Shown here piece by piece: positions 23,303 to 37,795 of a stretch of 64,000 bases of DNA (position 1 is the first letter of the stretch; each line of letters opens with the position of its first letter). Source of the stretch: Schmidtea polychroa. Lineage: Eukaryota. Position numbers and translations under genes: made by a program. Under the pieces are notes generated by a model that saw only the letters and a list, made by a program, of their open reading frames with translations, had not been told where the DNA came from and searched no databases. The DNA lies in assembly GCA_044892525.1 (NCBI GenBank), contig CM097885.1, forward strand, positions 10,046,001-10,110,000. The letters are read 5' to 3'.

Positions 23303-25378
23303 ATGGATCAGAACAGAATGACAAAAGCCCCAATCAAAGCAAACAGACGACTTCAAATGGCAAAATACAATTCCCAATGTCCAACAGATATGGAGGTATA
23401 CAGTACCTTCAAGGAGGAATACGTATACCGGTTCATAGGAACCACGGTAGAAACGAAGATGAATCATTTCACTTCGAATTACTGGTATTATCCCAGGAGA
23501 GTGGATATCCCAAACGATTATAAATTCCCAGGTGGACCTCACCGACAAATGATGATAACGGTTGTAAGCAACCAAGGGAGAATAAAGTTAGGAGATTTAT
23601 GCAGAGAATATGGATCATGTCCAAGGAGAGAGAACATTTGAATCCACGCTATAAATAGGCCAATCACGGTGTTCATGGCAGGTATGGACCTACCCGTGGA
23701 ATTGGATAAATATAGTACGTTGGAAATGTACCATTCAGATGGACGAGAAAAGAACATTCAAGTTCAAGCAGCAGCAATAAATTCAATAATAGCGGTGGAA
23801 ATATCGGAGTTTAAAAAACAACACCCTATTGTGAGTCGAAATGAGCCGACATGGATTAATAATGTCAACGAAGCCGACATACAACAGTGCAAGTCGTTCG
23901 TAAGAAAATACTTAACAAAAATCGAGGAGGATGAGGCCACAGTTTTTGTATCCGCAGGATTTGCAAAATCCAGGATGGAGTTGAAAGAAACACTAATCCA
24001 AATTGCGATAGTGGATATGAGAGGCAATAATTTATTGAGTGCGGTAGTGACTCCCAAGGACCCAGTTAAACACTACCAGACGCACCAATATAAACTGAAG
24101 GAACCAGAAATCAGAGGAAATTTGGATGAAGACGATTGTCACCACCTTATTAGGAAAATTTGTGATAAGAAAATTATAGTTGGAATTTTAATAAAAGATT
24201 TAGTTTCGGTAGCCAATCTACCAGTGCAACGATTGTTAGGAATCAGAGACTTATCAGCAAATAAGTTGTTAGAATCCAGAGGAGTCCCCAAGATTCATGG
24301 GCATTATAAATTGGGATTCCTAACAAAGACGTTTTTGCGTGCGGTTCCCGGAGAACCAAGGAATTTAGTTGTAACAAACGAGGCACTTGCGATCCGAGCG
24401 GTTTACCTACAAATCCGAAATGAATGGGTAGACCATATCAGTATGCCTCAGGAGGATTACATGTCAGCAACCCAGGCGGTAGCGGTTGACTTAGAAATAT
24501 TGCAGAAACGAAGACTACCCGAACAACCTTCTACATCAGAACAGCCCCAGGCAAAGAAAAGGGGTAGGTCACCAGCAGATTTACCACCACCTCCAACAGT
24601 GTCGATAGGAGAAGAAGAGTATGAAACATGCGTAAGTGAAGCTGAATTAACAAGTCCACTCAAATTATCTACTAGTGTCGCAAAGAAATCACAGAAAAGG
24701 TCAGAAGTTAAAAGTGCAAAGGAAACCCCAGAGGTAGGCACAGTCAAAAAGATATTAAAAAAAATGATACCTGGCAAACGCGATAAATCGAAATTGAAAT
24801 TGAAAAAGGTTGCCAAACAACCAGGGGAGAAGATAGAAATACCATCCAGCAAGGATGAAGTAAACAAAGCAGAGCCCAGGAAATTATTTACGGAACCCGA
24901 TGATGACTTAATGGAAATTGAATTCCAACCTCCAATCAAGGAATTGCAAGAGAAAATTAAAATCAAATCAGAACCCGAAGTACGAAAGAAAATGTTAAAG
25001 CTAACAAAAGAAAATGTCATAAAAAAGCCAGTATCAGTAGACGTAGATGGATTTGATCCTATGTGGTATAAACGTCCTGACAGGAATTGGAAGCCTAGAG
25101 CCAAAGAATATAATGGCCAACCTATCACGAGGATGGCGATAAATAACAATCAACAATATGATGAGTATGACGTAGATGCGATACCTTATGTGATATCTAC
25201 AGTCATACTAACATGCGCCCTGGATGATAAAGCCCTGGCCGTGAGTTTCGAGCCAGAGGTATTGAAGAAACAGAAAGCGAAAATGATTCGCCAATATGCA
25301 ATCGCAAATAGTTACAGTACCACGGAGGTACATCTATACAAAGTTCCCGAACCAGATCCCGACGATCTGGATGTCTGA
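23303..25378 (+). pseudogene. 3' accessory ORF: REX4/ISG20-like DEDDh exonuclease fold with degenerate catalytic residues, plus charged tail; one in-frame TGA at 23639
   Basis: LIQIAIVDMRG...VVTPKDPVKHYQT...KKIIVG...IRDLS...NEALAIRAVY follows the REX4 pattern; ORFs 23303 and 23669 share a frame; splice acceptor TTTTATTTTCAG just before the ATG. Confidence 0.65.
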
Positions 25379-25602
25379 CGAAGGAAATTGCCAGAAGTCG
25401 TTCAATTGAGTGTAAATATGAGCTTATCTATATGTGTTTCATGTGACATTTCTTGGACATTACTTGGTGATTCTGTCATTTATTATTTTGGGAATATGTG
25501 TTTATATTTTGTTTTATGATTTATGGTAATTTTTATGTAATACTGTTGTCTGCAGTTCTTGAAAAATAATTTTATATCTTGTTTTCGGGACGAAAATCTT
25601 TT

Positions 25603-25614
25603 AGGGGGTAAGAC
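25603..25614 (+). promoter_or_regulatory. Polypurine tract
   Basis: AGGGGGTAAGAC immediately before the 3' LTR. Confidence 0.75.
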
Positions 25615-25615
25615 T

Positions 25616-26531
25616 TGTTAGGGATAGGCCCTGGCCTTAAATTATTTTTCTAAAAATAGAAGTAGGAGAAGTGAAAATAATTGTATAGCACAAAGTACTG
25701 TAGTGGGAAAATTTGTTTTTTTGGAAACAGCTGTCGTGGAATCGGGGATTTGATCGAGACCTGACTAAGCTTTGGAGGTAGTTTTGTGTAGAAAAATAAA
25801 GAGAAATAACTACACAGCTGTAGTTGAAGAAGAGATTAGAATTTTATTAAGGAGAGCAGCTGTTATAATTACAGGAAAAGATTTTATTGTGGAGGTAAAT
25901 TTAATCGTTTTTTTTCATTTGGGAAGAATTACTTGAATACAGCTGTGCTCAAAAAACATATATATAGAAAGAATAGTGAAAGAAAGGAGCAGAAGAAATT
26001 AGACAGATTTGAAAAATCTAGAGAAGAATTATTTATGAACAGAAACGAGAATATTTAAAAGTAAAATTTAATTTAATTTAATTTAATTAAATATAAGGGT
26101 GGTTGAGGATAAATTCGTATCCTGTGAACTAGTAAAATTTAGCGAACACAAAGTATAGATCTTCTACTTTAGTGTTCCCTGGGAGCCCCAAAATCATTCC
26201 CTCTTGCTTGCCCAACTCTTTTAGTCATATTGCGATTGTTGTGCTACATAGGAGCCAATAATTTCTTGCAGACTGTTGACAACAGTAGGGATCAAAGAAT
26301 CCGTTTTCTTGTACTCTTTGTACATATATTATAAAGTTCATTTGTAAATTATAAAATACATTTTTATAAAAAGAGAAAGGAGTTTTGTTTTTTCTTATTC
26401 AGTGATTTAAACTTAAACGCGCAACCACATTAAATATAACTTATTTATATTTATTTTTATTTATTTATCTTAATTGAATTATTGGAGTCATTTGTGTTAA
26501 GATCTGTAGTCCCCGTTTTTCGATCTTAACA
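25616..26531 (+). repeat. 3' LTR (916 bp)
   Basis: Direct repeat of 13124-14040. Confidence 0.98.
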
Positions 26532-26789
26532 ATAATAATAATATTCAGTATATAGATAATTATGTTTTTGATATATTACATCTATAAAATGCTAAAACTA
26601 CTAAATTAAAAAATAAATGGAAGTACAGAAATAAATTTCATTTAATAACTTTATTCAATTTAGTGAGAAAGTTTGTTTAAATGAATGATGAAATTGATTT
26701 AATTTCTGACTAAAGTAAAGCCCGATCTGTCAAGTATGTAGACATTATAATTAAGAGAAAGAATAAAAGTTTTAAAACGAAAACAATTC

Positions 26790-28496
26790 GTTGATTTCTT
26801 TGGGCTTCTTCTGGGAATTTTGAATAATATAATTATCTTTACTCCAACAGAAAATAAAGTCAATGAACTCAAATCCACTTTTACTACTTCATTGATGCTT
26901 CAATGGAGCAAAAGATTGACTGTCTATCAGAAACTCGGAGAAAGAAAACAATGCCCAATTTAAAATTATCCATCCAATTATCCTATCTAATCAAACCTGT
27001 TCAGTCAGTTTCGTGACCAAATATACCGGGGGAAAATTCTGGCTTTCCTGGCACAGAAATAATTCATGTATTAGTTTGTCTAATTGTACGCGTCATTCTG
27101 GACTTGGTAGCGCAATGCATAAATACCGCAACACAAAATAATAATTGTCCTCTTTTATCGTTTTCTTCTGCTTGCCTGTGAGTTTTCAATGGAAATTTTT
27201 ATTCAATTTCATTACGAGGGGCAGGGAGAATGATATCCCCATTTCGATAAATTTATCTCAACAAATTGTGATAATATTCAATTTAGGATCTCTCTGAAAT
27301 TCCTGGACTAATAAATCTTTTTATATTAGAATTCAGTTTGCACTGCCCATTTTGAAAAATAAATATTTCATATCGTATGCAATATCACAATACCAACAAT
27401 ACTTGATGATTAATCAATCCTATGGCGATTTTGGCATTCCAGATTATAATTTAGCATATTATAAATTAAAATTTTTATATTTACTATTTAAACAATTATG
27501 TTCTTGATACTACTGCGTTCACAATAATTTTTAATTATACATTAGGTAAATTTCCAACTAGTTCCACTTCGTCTAAGACCAACCAGAAATCTGACAGTTG
27601 GTTATTGGCTTTAACTTTACTCTTCTCATTAATACGCGATCTTGTTGTTCTGATCAATAATGTTTTAAGCAAAAAAAATACAGGAAAAAAATGTATTTTT
27701 TCATATGTCTAATGTACATATTTTTATCATTTTTATTTAATGCTATATTTTTTCAATATTAACATTTTGTACTATAGAATTCCCTATTACTTCTGTATAA
27801 AAAAATGCCCCTCCTTCCTCAAACTGAGAAAGTTTTCTCATAAAAAATGTTTGACCATGCCAACTGGCTCACTTTTTGGTCCATGCTCTCGTAGCTGGGT
27901 AAAATGCAATTTACACAGAAAGTCAACTGTAGAAATATTTAAACAAAAATGAACAAAAAACCAAAATAATAAAAATTAATAAACTATTGATAAATTCTAA
28001 AAACCATTTAAACATGCGATGATCTCTCCAATAATCCTTCATGGATTTGCCTCGGTGTCCTCCTAAAAAATTCATAATCGAAAATAAATAAACAAAATTT
28101 AACATTAACCGTAAATAACAAAAAATCGATAAACTGAAAATAAGCACAAAAATCAACGAGAAAATTGACAGACCAATTGATAATTTAATTAATTTAATTA
28201 GCTAAGAAAAAAAAATATAATTAAAAACGGAACTTAATTAAAATGGAGTATACATTCAGGTTTGATTGATCTTTCGTTTCTGAATTTACCACTTCGGTGT
28301 CAATTGCCGTCGATGTCGAAGATGACTTTCGTTTGGTGTTTCGACTGACAGACTTCGGACAATTGACCTCTGATGTTTTATTAATGTGATGAATGCAGGC
28401 TTCGGTTTTGCAGTCTTGACGATACGGATTATAATTTAGTAATTTTTTAGAAAATTGCTCATAGTTCAAATTATTAAGTTTAAACAAATCTGTCAT
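26790..28496 (-). pseudogene. Possible decayed multi-exon host gene, unidentified
   Basis: GC-richer blocks bounded by polypyrimidine-AG acceptors (~28062, ~27926, ~27651) and a 91-aa ATG ORF; several stops; no family recognised. Confidence 0.3.
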
Positions 28497-30365
28497 TTAA
28501 ATGACTCAATTTCACAATAAATTTATAAATAGAATTTTACAATAAAATTGAATAAATTGTATTTCACATTTACATATAGAAATGACAAGGCTAAAATTGA
28601 CCATTGACTTTTAAATGAAATAATATATTTCAATATATTTCAACGACTCAACTGTCATCATCAGGCACTAAACAAATTCAATAAAAATGACTAAACTGAG
28701 AAATTCATTTGTAAATTAATTAATCACTCCAAAAATTCATAATGAATTTTGTATGTTTATTTTACAAGTAATAAATAATTTTTTGAGATAAAACTTTAAA
28801 ATCTTTCAATTTGTATATCTTCTTATGCTCAATAATGTTACTGTTTTCAACCAATCGGGCAAGACCTCAATATTGTGTGCAGAGATGACGAGCTGTTTCT
28901 CCAATGTATGTGGCATTACACTTATTACAAGACAAACATCATACGATAATTATTGATAAACATTTTAAGACTATAATAATAACTTTAAAACAATTTTAAC
29001 ATTAACAATTACAATACCAAATAAATTTTCTAAATTTGTTTGAAACAATTAAAGGAACTGCGTGACACTGGTAAGGTTGTGAACAGCTAAAAGGCGCCGA
29101 TTATATGAGATCAAATACAACATATTAAATTTAAAAGTTAAATTAATTTTTTTAATTTTCCGGTCTAAAATATCTATAATTCCTCAGATTTTACGATACG
29201 TATGGCATTTACTTCATATTTATATTCTTATTCTAAATACACCAGAAAAGAATTATATTAACTTATTATATATTTTATTTTATATTGTATTTTTCTACTT
29301 ATTATAAGTTAGTCACCTTATTTTAATAATTTTTGACGGGGCGCAAAAATATAAGGTTTACATTGGCGCCTCTTACCCACATGGAAGCACTGAAAATATT
29401 TTATGCATAACGAAAGATTTGTACAAAAAAACTTACATTCTATTAATTTTATTATCGTTCCGTTTAATAAGCAATCAAAACAATTTTGAAAGGGTTTGCA
29501 AAATCTAGCACATTTCCTGCCATAGTGATTTTTTGCACATTTTACACTGAACTTCAGTTCGACATAGACATTCCTAATAAAATTCTAGTCAATTTATACA
29601 CAAATATTGAAGGGTTTAAATATTTAAGTATGATTATTTAGAAGTCCCATAGCAAAGAATATTAATATTCAACGAGATTGATGAAGGATTTCTTTGGCTA
29701 AACTTGTTTCTATTGAAGTTATCCAATGGCTTATACTAGTAATTATCCCTTAGGATGAAGGACCTCATGAAATCAGTTAGGATCAAAGAACTTAATGAAT
29801 AATGCATATAAATAATAATGTGAATAATCCATGTTTTCAGTTCTGGTAACATTGTATTTATTAAATATCGCTTCAATGTTGACTGTTAAAATATCAAGTT
29901 AATATATGGCTAACTTTTCTTGTGGTCCAATATAGATCCTCACTACCCCTCCCTCTTAGTTAAGTTTCTGTGATAAATTTATTAATGGAAAATATGGTAA
30001 TAATAAATTGCAATAATAAACTTACTTTTCATCTCTCATGAAATAATTATCCGAAATGTTGACATAAAATACATTTTTCATATTGTCTTTGAAAATGAAA
30101 TAATCTGTAAGATTGTAGTCAAATTTTATTATTTTTGTCTCCTCTATAATCGCATCACTGCCACTCGTTTTGTTATGGCTATAAGTGATATTTTTATTTC
30201 TTAATTATCAAATTATATTAATTGCTAAATATATACAAAGTAATAAATCATCTTACTTTTGGGGAAATATAATTTGAAATTGATATAACTCGAAATTTTC
30301 AGTATAACATTTTAACTTGATCTCAATTTCTGAGTTTTCTAACTAGATTATTAACGATTAATACG

Positions 30366-30553
<188 letters not shown>

Positions 30554-32023
30554 TTATAGAGACAATAATAAAATAAATTATACTTGCAACGAATTTTTAC
30601 ACATCATCCATATCAACATTAAAACACTAAAAAAATCCATTTCATAATTTTAAGCTTGCATATGTTTAAATATAAAAAAAATGATATGAATAGAAATTGA
30701 GTAATATAATAAAAGTAAAATTTATTTATATAATAATGACTCATAATTATTATATAATATACAACTATTGAGACACATATTCGCAAAAAAAAGCTATATT
30801 ATATTTTATTAACAATAAATCCGGTTGAAATTTGTGTTGATGGCGTAAAAGAAATTTAAATACAGAGAATTGAGTGAAACATTGATAAATAGGTAAATTT
30901 TTTTAAATTCAAAATTAATAAACTAATTAAAATTGATTAAATTAAAAATTGACAATTTCGGGGGAAGCAGTTCTGTGGCCAAAAAAGGTTTGTAATAACT
31001 GCAAGTTTGTTTAAATTTACGAAAATGTCTTTTCAAAACAGAAACAAAAATGTAAAACCCAAAAGAACCTTAATTGTATTACATTTATTCAACATCATTT
31101 ATTACACAAAAACTGCTTAATTCGGTCTCCAAAAGTTGCTACAAAATTTTCAAAATTTCATTCACTAAAATGCACTTGCTTATATACATTGATTTTGGTG
31201 TGCGAGTATGTGTGCGTGCTTTGATGAAGTAAAATAAATTCGAAAATTTTTAATTCCATTTATTTTTTTGATTTAATTTTTATTCTTTTCGGTGCCATGA
31301 TGGATATGACCATTTTGTCAAATATTCTATATTCTTTTATTAGTTTTCATATAATTTTTCATTTCTTTTAATTCATAAGTTATTTTTTAATATTATTTTT
31401 TTGGTTTTCAATTATTTTTTCATGCATTTTATTCACAAATCTTTATTTACTTTAAGTCAAAATCAGTTTTTTCTCAAAAATATATATTTTCCCAAATATT
31501 AATAGTAATTGCAAGATTTGTTTATGATGCATTTATTAAGTCAAATGTGAAATTTCCTATGCAATGATCCTTTAGTGAAAGTAGTTTGCAAAGAAGTTTT
31601 TCGATAAATAAAAACACAAGTAAAAAGAAAATAACAGTCATTGTGAAAGAGATCTAATTTTTTTCTGACTTTTTCTTAAAAACTTCTTTTAATAAATAAT
31701 ATCATAAAATATTTATAGAAAAATGTTTCCAATAACTATTTACATACGCAATTTAAAAACTTTTTAAAAAGGTTTATATTTTGATTTTTATTCCTAATGA
31801 TCTCTAAAACTTTACTTCCTCAATATTTGATCTAGTCCTTTATTATATTATTTATTAATTATTATTTTTTATTTTTAAAAAATAAAATATTCTGAAGGTC
31901 AATAACAACTAATCAGAATGATGTTTTCATTGACCTCTTCTTTAGTGTTGATTGCTAACCGTCTGTTTATGATGAGAATCGCCTATTTAAATCTGAACTT
32001 TTTCTTATTATCATTATTTTTAA

Positions 32024-32090
<67 letters not shown>

Positions 32091-34109
32091 ATTATTATTT
32101 TTTTTTCGAAACAAAAATGACACACAAAACATTTATTTAAACTACTAATTAAACTACTAATTAAACTGCTAATTCAAATGTAATTCAAGATCAACAATAG
32201 GATTCAAAAATTCGTTTCATTTTTGTTTGGAGTTTTTTACATTCTTTGAAAGATTATTTGATAGTTTGAATATAATGCATTCAAATATTGAATATATTCA
32301 TCAATTTTTATTTTCATATTTAGCAATGTTACAAATATGAACAATTATTACCTTGATAATTGATCTTTGTACATAGTTTATGATAATGAGTAAAATCAAT
32401 GACTTCATATTGAATATAGGCAGCCTTCATATAACGTGGTACCCTATTTTCGGTTTTGTTGTTAATACTTAAGTCAGTGATTCCCATAATATTTTCAACA
32501 AGTGCCAAAAAGGATTTTCTTAAATAAATAGTGTCAATTTAAAAAATTCAAATTTTTTATTAAAATCCTTCATTAATATTATTGGCTAATTTTTTCAAAA
32601 TCAATTGGATCATTATTTATCGCTATTTTAAGTTGAATATTTAAATTTGAATTTAGTAATAGATTCCTGTGTTTCTCTTTAATTATTTTCAAAGATGAAA
32701 ATAATTGCTCGCAAGAATAATTACTGCCAAATAAATGAATATAGATAAAAAAATGAAATCAATAAGATAAATTCCTACCTATATTGAAAATTTGCTTGTC
32801 TTTTATATTTTTTTTAAATGGATGAAACAAAACAAAACGAAACGAAACATAGCAAAACATAATAAAACAAAACAGTACTAAAAACAGTAATGGTTACAAC
32901 ATCAATAGTAATTAAATATACATTATATAACATTTTAGTATTAAAGAAAAAATTCCATTTTGATTTTTTACACATATTTAATTTTTTTTGTTTTTTAATC
33001 TCTTTCGATTGTAGTAAAAAATAATTATTGATTTCAAGGTTAGGGTAATTCTTTCGAAAACTTTAACAAATATGGAAGTTTAAAGAGTGTCAATAAAAGG
33101 CTAACGCTTGCCACAACAAGGGCACCACTGAGTTAAATAATAAGGAGTATAATTTTTAAAAATTTCATTTTTACAAAAATTCAAATTCTTGTATACAATT
33201 GCAATTGTTAATGCAATTTTTAATAGCAAAAAACTAATTAACGGCGTAATTCGAGGATTGCCTATATTTTTATTTTTATTTTTATTATATTTCCATGTCT
33301 TTGTTAATCATATATATATATGTACTGCATTATCTTGGTATTCTTTTCCGTATCATGGATAAGTATTGCAAAGTTTTTATTAGTCATCGACGTAAGTAAA
33401 AAGTCATATTTTGACAAATGTTTATTTTCAAACAAATATGCTAAATTGTCGTTTTCTCAATTTTAATGATAATGTTCATATTATAAGGTTTTTCCTATTA
33501 TCTTTAGAATAATTATAATTGGGTATAGAAAAATATATTGAAATTAAGGAATCTCTCGATTGTCTGTCACATCTATTATGCTGTTTAATGATATGATTCA
33601 AATCAAAACCTGTGTAATGGTATAATGTCCAAGGGGCCATGCCTGGAGTACATCACAGATCCTTTAGGATTTCGGGATATATTTCTAATATCTGAACCCA
33701 AAATATATCTTTCATTACTTCTAACAATAGAAAAAATAATCGAATCATATCAAATTTGCCACTTGCAAATCCAAAAACATATCATGGAAGTCTCAAAGCT
33801 GGAAACAATTTTGGTTAAAAAATGCATTTTGATTTTGGTGACATTTTGTATAAATTTATAAACCTTCCTATATCAATGGTAACAGATTACATTTGTACAC
33901 ATTTGATATCATATTGTCAATCATTTACATTAAGGGGTTCTCAACATCTTATAAGTTGACATTTCCTAATTTAAAGAATATAATCCTATATTTTCCGATT
34001 CTATATATAAATTGTTGAGTCGGGCAAGGGAATATCACTTTAGAAACTTCAAAATTCCCACTTTAATTGATATTAGGGAACATTATTATGAGGGAATTTA
34101 GTAAAAATA

Positions 34110-34191
<82 letters not shown>

Positions 34192-34545
34192 AATATTGCT
34201 TATTAACCTTAACCTAGTGCTTACAATACCGGGATCCCGGGATACCGAACAAATTTATGATACCGAAATACCGGGATTACGATTTAATTTTGGTTAGACA
34301 ATAATTAACACACCAAGTACTTCCTCTGATAATGGCGTATCTAAAGAGCTCTCTTATGGTGCGCCTTACCCAAAATAGGCTTTCGGATTGGGAGGGGGAT
34401 TGAGTTATATAATTTTATTTTCATGTAATTGTTTTTGGTTGTCAGTAGAGGTTTATAGGTTAGGAAAGTAGTCAGTAGTAGCTAGTTGCGTATAACTTTT
34501 CTTGTGTAAGAGAGTGTCAATGCTTGAATGTTTCATATGCGGGTT

Positions 34546-35367
34546 AGTAGAGAGAAGTGTGCTCCATGACTCATCGTTTTTTGTCATTTTTTTGCACTAC
34601 CCCCCCCCGATGACTCAGCGCAAAACAAAGACATATGACTCATCGATGACTCATCCATAGCAACAGCGGTAACTGGGTCAAGGTCATTCTATTTTTAGTA
34701 ACTAGGTCAAGGTCATTCTATTTTTAGTAACTAGGTCAAGGTCATTCTATTTTTAGTAACAATGTCACGTGACGTCATCGATGACTCATCAAGGTCATTC
34801 TATTTTTAGTAACTAGGTCAAGGTCATTCTATTTTTAGTAACTAGGTCAAGGTCATTCTATTTTTAGTAACAAGGTCATATGACTCATCATTTTTGGAAC
34901 AAAGCCAACTGACTCATTATTAAAGTATGTATGACTCATCATTTTTTAAACAAAGACATATTTAATATTTAAATAAATACATTTAAACAAATATTTAAAT
35001 AAATACATTTAAACAAATATTTAAATAAATACATTTAAACAAAAATTTAAATAAATACATTTAAACAAATATTTAAATAAATACATTTAAACAAATATTT
35101 AAACAAAGACATTTAATCAAATATTTAAGTACATTTAAACAAAGACATATAGACAAAGACTCATCGATGACTCATAGTTTAGATAGGGGGTTTCTTTTTT
35201 TTTGCATACCCCCCCCTTGTATGACTCATCGATGACTTTTTTGAACAAAGACCAATCATTTATTTTTAAAAGAAAGACTCATCACACGACTCTAATTTTT
35301 AGAAGACTTCTTTTTTGGTAAACCAAAATTTATTGTATGTCGCTACAGAATAATAATAATAATAACA

Positions 35368-35412
<45 letters not shown>

Positions 35413-35598
35413 TTAATAATAATAATAATAAAAACATACCCATTTCTTCATAAAAAAGTTTGTTTTCATAAAATTTATTTCATAAATCATATAATTTGTT
35501 TTCATAAAAACTGGTTTCATAAAAAAAAAAAATAAAAATTAATCATAAAAAAATTTCATTATAAAAAAATTTAAATCATAAAAAAATAATAATTACCT
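34546..35598 (+). repeat. Polinton left TIR with internal 29-bp and 26-bp tandem repeats
   Basis: Reverse complement of 47973-49016; 29-bp unit AGGTCATTCTATTTTTAGTAACTAGGTCA and 26-bp unit ATTTAAACAAATATTTAAATAAATAC. Confidence 0.96.
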
Positions 35599-37795
35599 AA
35601 AGACGAATTTACAAACTGACAAGAATCTATAAATTTCACAGTCAGGGAATCAATATGCACAAAAAGAGATAAAAAATTTTCACTTGTCACCGGTATACAA
35701 GAAATATGCCAGGACTTATATTTAGCCAAGCCAAATTTGAGGATATGATGGAGATCATATCCTCTCAAATTATGAAAGACTACAGGTAGTGTGTGGTATA
35801 TTTTCCTGGAAAGATTACAAGTGTTGCAAGCAGCACCAAGGAATTGACCGGTAAAGTGATCATGATCCCTGACTGGTTTAACTAATAATTTTTTACACAA
35901 ATGACAGTTTGTGCTGTTATTAAAATTAATTTGGTCATTTTCTGTGAATATCATTTTCTTATTTTTATTTTTATAATAATAGGGAGTTACAATCTTTTTA
36001 GCGATATCATTAATTTCTTTTAAAAATTCGTCTATACAAGAAAGGCCTATGAATGATTTATAAAATTTTGCGCCTGTATTATTATTTATACATAAAAGTC
36101 CAGCCGAAATGGGTAAATGTTTCTGATAATATTTAGAATCTTTAGGAAGGATTGCCTCAAAATCGGCATAAATAACAAAAGGAGGAGTAATCATTTTACT
36201 ATAGTCTGTGAATTCTAATAATGGATCTTTTGGTAGTGTGTACATTGTGGTTCCTAATTGGTTTCGTTCACAAAGACCTTGATGTTTAATAAAACTATCT
36301 TCAAATCTGAATCCATTCAGACATCTAGGACACCACTTACAGTAAATACGAACAGAACTTATTGATGAATTTCGGCAATTAAGAAAGATGTTTAAATCAG
36401 ATATAGCGACGTAATGGTAGGTTTTCCGATTCTGTAATAATAACAAATTTAGACAAGTACCTCCTACTATTTTACTGCGATAAATTATATCTATAAAAGG
36501 ATGTTTCATGATGGGACCCGAAATTAACCCAGTTTCGTCATAACTTAAAACATTAATTGAATAACCTGGGTTTTGTCGTTCAAATTTTGAGATATTTGAT
36601 AATTTCATTGGCATATCTGCCGGGTTATATATCAGATCTGAAAGGTTATAAGAACTAGGCAGATGACGCAATTCATCAGGAGTACTATCATATTTTATAA
36701 GAGCCAAAACCGAGTAAAGGAAACAAAATTCGTCATCATTATTTACATTTATTATACATTTTTTCCTGATTAATGTTTTCGGGGTTTCAATATATTTACG
36801 ACCACTCAACCTACTAATCTTTGAATATTTTGTCACAATAAAACTAATGTATTCTATTTTGTTGATGGTCCAATTACTTCCCTTTTCATTTATTTTACTA
36901 ATTTTTTCATTTAAAAGAGAGATACCATCATCAATAAATGTGTCGCTCCATACACGAGCAGAGTTTGAGATTATGAAAGACTGAAATTCATCATTTTTCT
37001 CAAACTCTACTTTAATACAAAATTGAATTTTTACTGATTTCATTTTATTTACAATTTCTAACAATTTTTCTATGAGAACGTCAGGAACAGAAAGAATTTT
37101 ACAATTCAAGGAAGATATATCCAACTTAACTATTACATGGGAACTATTCAGGTCGGAAACTACGTCGACTATACCACTACCTACTTGGGGTACAACATCA
37201 CTATTTTCAAATTCACTATTTTCAAATTCACTATTTTCAAATTCACTATTTATAACTTCACTATTTATAACTTCACTATTTACAACTTCACTATTTACAA
37301 CTTCATTACTTACAACATCATCGTCGTCTTCACTAATGACTATTATTTCTTTCATCTTTTTTGTGGGAATTTCTGTGGGAATTTCTAAATGTCTTTTATT
37401 ACCTATTATTCCTATTAATCTATTGACTGTTTCCATTAATTGTCGATTTTGTATCAACATGGCATTAATCATACTTTTGTTGGTGGTCCTATTATTGATT
37501 TTTGTTGATGTTTCCATTAATTGTCGATTTTGTAAGTTTTCGGTGTTCCTATTATTAGTTGATGATATATATTTTTGATACGCAATTTTGAAAACTGATT
37601 TTTTAGAAGGCATATATTGGGTTAAATGATTACGATGTTTATCATAAAATTCGGTATATGTCGATGTTTCAAGAGTTTGGCATGTAGGACATAACAAGTA
37701 TGTTACACTTTTATATTCATGACCATAATATTTTTCCATAATATCGTCACAGTCATGATGTGTAGCACTGTTACAAAAGGTTGGATATTTATAAC
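35599..37795 (-). pseudogene. Protein-primed family B DNA polymerase, N-terminal and exonuclease part only; extra short upstream exons likely from ATG ~38413
   Basis: GSNW, CFLYSV, YADFE (Exo I), endonuclease VII-like CHLC...DHDHFTG...CNTCN insert, FHNLRGYD (Exo II), KFIDS; ends at AG|GTAATT at the TIR edge with no SLYP, NSxYG or YxDTDS motif. Confidence 0.92.

Noticed and set aside
16315..23641. Alternative genetic code or programmed readthrough to explain the in-frame stops
   Set aside because: All three stop types occur alongside frameshifts, neighbouring genes end normally, and ~1% LTR divergence is compatible with a few post-insertion lesions. Gag-end readthrough is not fully excluded.
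14513..25149. Antisense and overlapping ORFs inside the LTR element (e.g. 24457-25149, 15465-15929)
   Set aside because: Shadow frames of purine-rich coding DNA with no motifs.
34676..35140. CRISPR-like appearance of the 29-bp and 26-bp repeats
   Set aside because: Head-to-tail repeats without unique spacers, in a eukaryotic TIR, with no cas genes.
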